Below are positions 25,537 to 32,000 of a DNA stretch of 32,000 nt, piece by piece; position 1 is the stretch's first letter; the number at the start of each line of letters is the position of its first letter. The DNA comes from Sedimentisphaera cyanobacteriorum (GTDB lineage: Bacteria; Planctomycetota; Phycisphaerae; Sedimentisphaerales; Sedimentisphaeraceae). Below the pieces are notes generated by a model, which worked only from the letters and a program-made list of their open reading frames with translations, ran no database searches and was not told the origin of the DNA. Both the position numbers and the translations under genes were made by a program. Where the stretch lies: the NCBI RefSeq assembly GCF_001997385.1, contig NZ_CP019633.1, forward strand, positions 930,001 through 962,000. The letters are read 5' to 3'.

Positions 25537-27167
25537 CAAGAGCTCCCTTTCAATTTCTTATTAAAGAAATCCGCTACAAGCTTGTTTAAATCTGTTCTCT
25601 CCTGTTTTTTTATGCCGATTGCATAGAATAGTATCATATACATTCCGCACGACAGCGCTGATAAAAACACTAAAGCCAGAAGCTTGAGAATGCCTGAATG
25701 CTCAGCAAAATATCTTGCAATCATCCCTGCATCTTTGTCTGCAGCAATATTCAAAACCCCCGAAACAATAAGATGGTAAACAGTGTCTTTAAGGAAAAGA
25801 GTAACTGCTCCTATTACCAATCCAGTCATCAAACTTCCGAGCACAGAATATCTCAGGAAATAAAGCGGCGATACTTTTGCGAATCTGCAGGCTGTCGGTA
25901 CATTGTAAACACAGCCGAAGAAAATATTTGGGACTAAAGTCCCGATAGCTACGCCTATTATTCCCATCATTCTCACGAGTATAACACTAATTAACAAATT
26001 CGCAAGACACTCAATCACAGAAACTATCGCCAACTCCTTCTGACGGTCGCACATAAGCAGTATTTGGATAGAGCTGCTCCTCATCACAACGTAAAAATAT
26101 TGTGAAACCAGAAGGATTACAGCGCATATCTGACTTTCAGTTCTTGTAAGGTCAAGCCAAGTTTCAAAAAGCGGGCCGACGAAGACGACCAGCGGAACAA
26201 GCATCATTGTAGAAATAAAAGCTATCACCCTGCTGGAATAAAGCTGCATTCTGCCCAAAGAATCAAGGTCGCCTGAGGTGTGCATCACTGAGGCAACCGG
26301 GCCGAGGTTGTCGTTGAACTGCATTGCAAAACTGCGAAAAACATCGCCCAGCTTGCTTGCAACCTGATAATAAGCCACAAAAGCCACGCCGATACTCGCA
26401 GAGATTACCAAATTATCTGTCTTGAAGATGATAAGTTTGCTGCAGATTATAAGGTAAACGAATATCGAAAATCCCATAACCTCCTTAATCATTGAAGGCG
26501 AGAAAAACCGAAAGCCGATTTTCATATTCTCCAATTTTATAAAGGCGTATATCAGCATAACTATCTTGCTGCCTACGTGATTTAGAACTGTAGCAATTGT
26601 CATTTCCCAGAGGCCGTATCCGCTTTTTATAAGCCAGACCATAACAATAAGATTAATAACTGCAAAAACAGCATCTATATTATTTCTAAGCCAGATAAGC
26701 TGAATACCTCTGAGAAGACCGGGCGAGAAACCAACAGGAAAAATAAGAGCCGTCCCAAAGCCGAAAAGCAGAAAAACTTTTCTGTAGTAATCTACATCAC
26801 TGCCCGGCTCGAGTTTGCTTATAGGCTCAATGAAAAAGCTTATAATCACTGTAGCAGCTATGATGATAAGCGATATAAACCAGTAACTGAAAAAAACCGT
26901 CGATACGAGCCTGTTGAACCTGTCCCAGTTTTTATTTACTGTTACCTGACTTGCGTATTTCTGAACAGCTGTCCCTAAGCCGAAATCAAGGAGAAGTGAA
27001 TAACCGAATATCGTCCACAAAAGCCCCCAAAAGCCGTAATCCTGCCTTGAAAGCCCCGTAAACTGAACCCTTACTAATATGATCATTGAAATCATATTGA
27101 ACAGCAGAAGCCCATAGTTTGACAGGGTATTCAGGAACATCCTTTTAGCAACACTTAAGTTAGACAT
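25536..27167 (-). CDS. Polysaccharide biosynthesis/oligosaccharide flippase (Wzx/MOP superfamily)
   Basis: 543 aa and highly hydrophobic, with at least 12 predicted TM helices by eye. The N-terminal pattern of PF01943/PF13440-type flippases is present ([27 protein letters not shown]...[18 protein letters not shown]). Confidence 0.75.
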   Translation of the reverse strand: MSNLSVAKRMFLNTLSNYGLLLFNMISMIILVRVQFTGLSRQDYGFWGLLWTIFGYSLLLDFGLGTAVQKYASQVTVNKNWDRFNRLVSTVFFSYWFISLIIIAATVIISFFIEPISKLEPGSDVDYYRKVFLLFGFGTALIFPVGFSPGLLRGIQLIWLRNNIDAVFAVINLIVMVWLIKSGYGLWEMTIATVLNHVGSKIVMLIYAFIKLENMKIGFRFFSPSMIKEVMGFSIFVYLIICSKLIIFKTDNLVISASIGVAFVAYYQVASKLGDVFRSFAMQFNDNLGPVASVMHTSGDLDSLGRMQLYSSRVIAFISTMMLVPLVVFVGPLFETWLDLTRTESQICAVILLVSQYFYVVMRSSSIQILLMCDRQKELAIVSVIECLANLLISVILVRMMGIIGVAIGTLVPNIFFGCVYNVPTACRFAKVSPLYFLRYSVLGSLMTGLVIGAVTLFLKDTVYHLIVSGVLNIAADKDAGMIARYFAEHSGILKLLALVFLSALSCGMYMILFYAIGIKKQERTDLNKLVADFFNKKLKGSS

Positions 27168-27229
27168 TTAATTCTCACTATGTTTATATTGAAACCGCAG
27201 CAGTAAACAAAAAAGCTAATATTTATTAT

Positions 27230-28444
27230 TCAGGAAAGCACTTCTTTCAGCAAGGATTTTGCATTATCCAAACGTTTTAACAGCTTTTTCCGCACAGACA
27301 TACTTTTCTTTTTAAATTCTTCCCTGTTATTGAGATGATAAGCAGTCTGTTCGTAAAGGCTTGAAAAATCGCAGTCTTCAACATTTCCGGCAGACTTAAG
27401 CCCAAATTCTGCAAGGAAATTATCCACCTTAGACCCCCTGCTTATGCCGATAAAAGGTACTTGTACAATCGAGGAAAGAATAAGAAGATGAAGCCTGCTG
27501 CTTATAACACAATCCAGATTGGAAATAAGGGCAAGTATATCAGCAGGCTCAAATCTGCCCTCAAGCAGCATTGAGTTTTCCGGATTCTTCATTTGATTTT
27601 TGAGCTGTCCCATCAATTCAGAGTCTGTTAAGGGGTTCATAGGAACAAACAATACATCAATGCCTTCTTTCGTGAGTTTATTGAGAAAATCTACAAGGCC
27701 TTTACTGTTTTCAACCTGACGCTGGGCTGAAATACAGATGCCGACTTTAGGTTTTCGGGAATCACAGAATTCAAATATCTCAGGTGCAAACGGTGCCTCC
27801 TGCCAAGGAGTCTTTTCCTGAATAAGAGCAGAATCCGCCCCAACCACGAGATTGCCTGCATTACCGCATTTTTTAACCTCCTGCTCTGTGGGGAAATCTC
27901 TAAGAACTGTTAAGTCTGTATTGCGAAGAGATTGAGCAATCCTCTCCCGCATCCTTTTATCTATTCTTGCGTTCGTCTTTTTGACAAAATCAGCAATCCC
28001 GAAAGTTAATGCGTCAGCTATTTGAAGCATAGTTTTCATTTTACCGGGCTGAAGCCTGTACATAAACGGATTCAGACTTGTATTCATACCTACACCCCAA
28101 ATTACGGTTTTAGTGCCGGCGTTTTGAGCTTTATTAAGCATATTCGTGGTTATATGCGGATAGTCTGAAAGCCCTGTGGCCCCGCTCCAGATAAATACAT
28201 CGCTTTGCTCTAAAGCCGCATCCATACTCCCGCATTCGGCTTCAGGCTCGAAATAGGCGAGCGGAACTGTTTTCACATTCAATTTATTCTCAGTAGGCTT
28301 CTTATCATCTGTACTTACAGTAATCTCGGAATTAGGTGCATATTCACGAACAATCTTTACTGCATTTTCGAGAATACACTCATCTCCAACATTATTGCAC
28401 CCAAACGGTACCCCGCCAAGCAAAACCTTTAATTTATCTTCCAT
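27230..28444 (-). CDS. Polysaccharide pyruvyl transferase family protein (CsaB/WcaK-like)
   Basis: 404 aa. N-terminal KVLLGGVPFGCNNVGDECIL and C-terminal CVISSRLHLLILSSIVQVPFIGISRGSKV match the PS_pyruv_trans (PF04230) layout. Confidence 0.7.
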   Translation of the reverse strand: MEDKLKVLLGGVPFGCNNVGDECILENAVKIVREYAPNSEITVSTDDKKPTENKLNVKTVPLAYFEPEAECGSMDAALEQSDVFIWSGATGLSDYPHITTNMLNKAQNAGTKTVIWGVGMNTSLNPFMYRLQPGKMKTMLQIADALTFGIADFVKKTNARIDKRMRERIAQSLRNTDLTVLRDFPTEQEVKKCGNAGNLVVGADSALIQEKTPWQEAPFAPEIFEFCDSRKPKVGICISAQRQVENSKGLVDFLNKLTKEGIDVLFVPMNPLTDSELMGQLKNQMKNPENSMLLEGRFEPADILALISNLDCVISSRLHLLILSSIVQVPFIGISRGSKVDNFLAEFGLKSAGNVEDCDFSSLYEQTAYHLNNREEFKKKSMSVRKKLLKRLDNAKSLLKEVLS

Positions 28445-28489
28445 TTGTATAACCTTAAAAAATCACTATCCAAGGGAATATCAAAAAAT

Positions 28490-29830
28490 CTATCCCATCA
28501 TTGCCGCAGGCTTGAGCAATGTGCCTTTTCTGTTTATTCTGTCAACACAATTTATAACAGCAAACACAAACATTAGCTGATACAAATTATTTGTTTGCCG
28601 AAGAACCCATTCAAGTGTGGATTGAATATATATGGCTGTCAAGCCACCCCAGAGCCCCATCGAAATCACCTTAAGTCTCATATCTTTCGCCTTAAAGATA
28701 TTTACAATATTTCTGGCATAAAATGAAAATATAAAGAGTGTAAAAATCCCGAGATTGTACCAGCCGGTCTCTGCGGCTGTCAGCAGGTAAACTGTTTCCA
28801 CGATTGCCCCCTGGTTTTCGGGCGTCCCGTCCCATTCTACATCTATATGATCAGTGTATGGATAATCTGTAGTCATAAAACGCGTGAAATTATTAATCCC
28901 AACACCCAAAATATTATCGTTTGCCATTTCCTGAGCTGAGATAGCGAGCGAAACCCTTGTTTCAGCTGAGGCTTCAGGTGCATTAACAAATCTTTCCACT
29001 ATAGAGTCCAGCGCCTTAAACAGCCCGCCTATCCCTGCAAGTGCGAACAGAGTGATTACAAAAACCTTGCGAAGGCTGAATCTCCACGATATCTGCTGAA
29101 GAAAAACAACAAATACACCTATAAAAGTGCACAACATACCGGCCCTTGAAAGGCTAGAAACTACACAGAAAAACTCCAGCCCTATTATAAATATCCAATA
29201 AAACATCTCTGGAATTTTCTTTGAAGACATCAGCATTGAAAAGTGTACGCAAAGAAAAACAGAAACATACATCACCATTGAATTCTGATGCGGAAATGGT
29301 CCTGAAGACTGGAATTCGCCTATCAAATATTTCTGCTGGGCAACAATAATTGCTATATAAACAGCGATAAATGAAGTGGATATAAAGGCTCTTCTTATTA
29401 TTTTAGGGGTAACCAGAAGATTGTTCATAAGCCAGAAAAATGTATATACCCTTATAAACTTGAAGAGCTCAAAACCTGAAAAAAGCTTGTTTTCAGCATT
29501 GATCATCGAAAGAGCGCATCCAACAAAAAAAACACCAAATATAAGTGAGCCCTTCGGCAAACCGGTAAACTGATACTTATCCTTCTTTGATATTGCGTAG
29601 GTAAGCAGTATAATAACTGTCATATCCACCATACCAAAAGCAAATCCCCTTGAAGTGCCCCTAAACCATTCATGCGAATAGAAATTTATATCTATCAGCT
29701 TTGAAGTAAAGAATATGCAGAAGCCCAGAAAAAACCATGAGGTTTTAGGAAAGCGGTTTATAACAATAGAGCATACAGGCACAACAGTTATAAAAATCAG
29801 AAAAAACTGTATGTACTTCGCTTCTATCAC
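28490..29830 (-). CDS. O-antigen ligase/polymerase-like (Wzy_C family) integral membrane protein
   Basis: 446 aa and polytopic. It carries SSLSRAGMLCTF (SRg..l), a large loop with LGVGINNF, and AAETGWYNLGIF (ExG..G) as in Wzy_C. The GTG start overlaps the upstream TGA (GTGA at 29830-29827). Confidence 0.7.
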   Translation of the reverse strand: MIEAKYIQFFLIFITVVPVCSIVINRFPKTSWFFLGFCIFFTSKLIDINFYSHEWFRGTSRGFAFGMVDMTVIILLTYAISKKDKYQFTGLPKGSLIFGVFFVGCALSMINAENKLFSGFELFKFIRVYTFFWLMNNLLVTPKIIRRAFISTSFIAVYIAIIVAQQKYLIGEFQSSGPFPHQNSMVMYVSVFLCVHFSMLMSSKKIPEMFYWIFIIGLEFFCVVSSLSRAGMLCTFIGVFVVFLQQISWRFSLRKVFVITLFALAGIGGLFKALDSIVERFVNAPEASAETRVSLAISAQEMANDNILGVGINNFTRFMTTDYPYTDHIDVEWDGTPENQGAIVETVYLLTAAETGWYNLGIFTLFIFSFYARNIVNIFKAKDMRLKVISMGLWGGLTAIYIQSTLEWVLRQTNNLYQLMFVFAVINCVDRINRKGTLLKPAAMMG

Positions 29831-30882
29831 CTTCTGCTTTCCTCATTGTTGGTAACGCCGGCGTAATCAAGTGTTTCGAAAGTAGGCATAATCTGACTGA
29901 TCAGATCGTTCCAGTTGGCTATATGTGTTTGGGGGACATACACTATATCTCCGGGCTTCAATTTGAAGTCCAGCATTTGGCCGTCAAGTATCTTGGGATA
30001 ATTTACAGTGAACACTACCGGATTGCTCAATCCGCCCCTTACAATTCTTATATCTTTCTTTCTCGCCCCAACTTTGAAGCCGCCGGAATAAGTTACTGCA
30101 TGGCTGACTGTCATATTGTCACGATACGCATAGGCAGCAGCAGAAGGTACTGCACCAAAAACATATATTTCCTGATTCCTTGTGGAAGGTATGTATATAT
30201 AGTCGCCGGGGAGAAGGGGTATATTATGAAGCATATCATGTTCACGTATTAGTTTTACAAAACTAACGGGAAGAGTTTTCCCGTCCCTTACTATATAGGA
30301 ATTTTCAAGATCGGCCATTTCTACGGTATTTCCCCGAAACATACCAGTTCGAAATCCTCCTGCAGTTGCAATCGCATCCAGCAGAGTCATCTGACTTGAA
30401 ATTGGGTAAGTTCCAGATGAGCCCACTTTACCGAGAATTGTATAGCTTCCGCTTTTCATCTGTACAGGATTTATTGTAACCCTCGGTTCCACAAGATACT
30501 TTTCGTAAGCCTTTTCAACTTTGGCGGTGGCTTCTGAAACAGAAAGCTCCATAACTTCTATATCTCCGACCAGCGGCAGAGAAATACATCCGTCTGTACG
30601 AACTGTCAGATTTGTCGAGCTCAGCTCAGTTTCGTTATACACCTCCACATCAAGCACATCAGACATTCCAATCGTATAGGGCTCCATCCGCACCTTCTGG
30701 AGCTCTCTGAGCTGTTCAACCACCTGCTGCTCAGTTCTTGGCCTTGCACCTACAAATGTATATGCGGCCTTGTCCATCTCAGGCGAATCTACTATATGCG
30801 GCACAAACCTTTCCCTGTCTGCGCAACCGAGAAAAAGCGAAACGAACAAAATGTAAATTGTGCATCTAGTCATTTTATACAT
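29827..30882 (-). CDS. Polysaccharide export outer-membrane lipoprotein (Wza family: Poly_export + SLBB domains)
   Basis: The ORF opens TTG 30885 / ATG 30882; the ATG shares 1 nt with the upstream TGA. A lipobox is present: SLFLG-C. Motifs include GMSDVLDVEVY, ISLPLVGDIEVMELSVSEA, and repeated SLBB-like GDYIYIP and GDIVYVP. Confidence 0.85.
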   Translation of the reverse strand: MYKMTRCTIYILFVSLFLGCADRERFVPHIVDSPEMDKAAYTFVGARPRTEQQVVEQLRELQKVRMEPYTIGMSDVLDVEVYNETELSSTNLTVRTDGCISLPLVGDIEVMELSVSEATAKVEKAYEKYLVEPRVTINPVQMKSGSYTILGKVGSSGTYPISSQMTLLDAIATAGGFRTGMFRGNTVEMADLENSYIVRDGKTLPVSFVKLIREHDMLHNIPLLPGDYIYIPSTRNQEIYVFGAVPSAAAYAYRDNMTVSHAVTYSGGFKVGARKKDIRIVRGGLSNPVVFTVNYPKILDGQMLDFKLKPGDIVYVPQTHIANWNDLISQIMPTFETLDYAGVTNNEESRR

Positions 30883-32000
30883 CAACCCAAACTTAAATCA
30901 CCAAAATTAATCACTGTACCAACTTTTTTGTCAGTCCCGGCTGAAGCAAGTTTGGTAACCTTATCCAAAGCAGATACTGTATTGCTTCCATATTTTGTTA
31001 CAAGAATATTGTAGTTTGAAGAATGCATAATGCAGCTTGAAACCTGATAATTTTTCTTAGGAGAAAACAGTTCAACGAAGATGCAGTCGTATTCAGAGAA
31101 GCTGTTTTTGAAGTTATCAACCATCTCAGGCAGTATATTCATCTTGCTTACGTTGCTGTCGATAATATAATATAGCCTTGAAACCCTCTCATTTATCTTA
31201 ACGGGTTCGGGCAGAATCATATTCTCTTCGCGGAAATCTTGGAAATTGATTATGGATTCCTTCGGCACCTGAATAATCCTTTTTGCATCCTCTTCTACTA
31301 CTCTCTTAAGGATCAAAAACCTCTTGCCGGTAACAGATTTCATATCTGTAATATCATCCATAATCGTGCTTTTGCCTTCTTTATTCTTCACCGAAGAGAA
31401 ACTTACCATTGTATTGCGACTGCTGCTTGTCTGCTGGTCTATCTTGTTTACCACAACCTGCAGCGTGGCGAAATAAGTGGTAAGCGTAGAATTTTTCTTC
31501 TTGGGAAGGGTGCCGATAAATTCTACAGCATTCATAGAATCTAGGTCCCCCGGGACTTTCACACCCGGGCTGAATATCGCATAAACCAGCACAAATACAA
31601 CTCCGAAGAAAGCGGTTCCAAAAGTTGAAACAATTGCCAGAATTTTCCTCCCTGTTGGCTCAGGGAATACCGGAGCAACCGCCCTTTCAAGAATGCCTAT
31701 GTCGTGAGAGCTTGAGTCCTTGGCAATCCTAACCTCAGATATCCGCCTGTCTATTACATCCAAAAGCTCCCTTGAGACATCCACTTTATGCTTGGCATTC
31801 ATATATTCTTCCTGAACATTTGATATGCCTTTAAGCTCAGAACGAATCTCCTCTATGCGATTTTTTCGTTTTAAAATAGTCTCATCCAAAACAACGTACT
31901 CATTCTTCATAGAAGTAAGCTGGGCCTCAAGGTCCTGACGAACTGTATTGAGTGATATTGTCCTGCTGTCGGGAACTTCCTTTTCCTGAACGTTCTGTTC
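30882..32000 (-). CDS. Polysaccharide co-polymerase (Wzz/GumC-type chain-length determinant) with C-terminal degenerate BY-kinase-like domain; 5' end beyond window
   Basis: The ORF track starts at Met 31910, but the same frame stays open to position 32000 (my translation EQNVQEKEVPDSRTISLNTVRQDLEAQLTS-MKNEY...), so the gene is 5'-truncated by the window. It has a coiled-coil segment, a second TM helix (ILAIVSTFGTAFFGVVFVLVYAIF), then a P-loop-like FSSVKNKEGKST. Confidence 0.75.
   Translation of the reverse strand, partial: EQNVQEKEVPDSRTISLNTVRQDLEAQLTSMKNEYVVLDETILKRKNRIEEIRSELKGISNVQEEYMNAKHKVDVSRELLDVIDRRISEVRIAKDSSSHDIGILERAVAPVFPEPTGRKILAIVSTFGTAFFGVVFVLVYAIFSPGVKVPGDLDSMNAVEFIGTLPKKKNSTLTTYFATLQVVVNKIDQQTSSSRNTMVSFSSVKNKEGKSTIMDDITDMKSVTGKRFLILKRVVEEDAKRIIQVPKESIINFQDFREENMILPEPVKINERVSRLYYIIDSNVSKMNILPEMVDNFKNSFSEYDCIFVELFSPKKNYQVSSCIMHSSNYNILVTKYGSNTVSALDKVTKLASAGTDKKVGTVINFGDLSLG

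Noticed and set aside
28490-29830. Considered whether this polytopic membrane protein is the exosortase for the PEP-CTERM protein
   Set aside because: The motifs I can see (SRAG..L, GVGINNF, AAETGW..G) fit the Wzy_C / O-antigen ligase-like family better. I cannot identify exosortase signature residues.
1-32000. Looked for CRISPR arrays, tRNA/rRNA genes, IS elements or transposases, integrases, phage genes and long direct or inverted repeats flanking the NRPS
   Set aside because: I recognised none. Intergenic regions are short and AT-rich with no repeat-spacer periodicity, and no ORF has transposase or integrase motifs. Horizontal acquisition of the NRPS is therefore unsupported apart from the compositional hint recorded as a finding.

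Overview
The window reads as chromosomal DNA from a PVC-superphylum-type bacterium (Planctomycetota/Phycisphaerae-like). That origin is inferred from a DUF1559 H-X9-DG pseudopilin, a PEP-CTERM protein, tandem DUF1080 and a Tat-signal Gfo/Idh/MocA oxidoreductase, and I could not verify it here. I call 22 protein-coding genes, one cobalamin riboswitch, one putative promoter and three intrinsic terminators. I saw no rRNA, tRNA, CRISPR array, transposase or integrase.

Layout:
- 1-4866 (minus strand): glycan-utilisation genes, namely a Tat oxidoreductase fragment, a tandem-DUF1080 protein, a URO-D-family protein and a GH97 glycosidase.
- 5078-9903: a PEP-CTERM protein, an unknown secreted protein, an HD phosphohydrolase and an HtrA/DegP protease.
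- 9972-12411 (plus strand): promoter, cobalamin riboswitch, terminator, then a secreted protein with a transcobalamin-like (DUF4430-like) N-terminal domain, then a DUF1559 pseudopilin.
- 12465-32000: eleven co-directional minus-strand genes with tiny gaps or overlapping stop/start codons. In transcription order they are a PCP/GumC-like co-polymerase, a Wza-like exporter, a Wzy_C-family membrane protein, a pyruvyl transferase, a Wzx flippase, a REC-PAS-HK-REC hybrid kinase, a VanZ-like protein, a 2946-aa NRPS, a PPTase, an XRE-HTH/S24 LexA-like regulator and an AhpD-like CxxC protein.

Best candidates for something new:
1. An orphan trimodular NRPS (A-T-C-A-T-C-A-T-TE) whose thioesterase nucleophile is Cys (G-W-C-F-G) rather than Ser. 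Its binding-pocket residues look non-canonical, and it sits inside an exopolysaccharide assembly/export operon.
2. A B12 riboswitch that controls a secreted DUF4430-like protein rather than a transporter.
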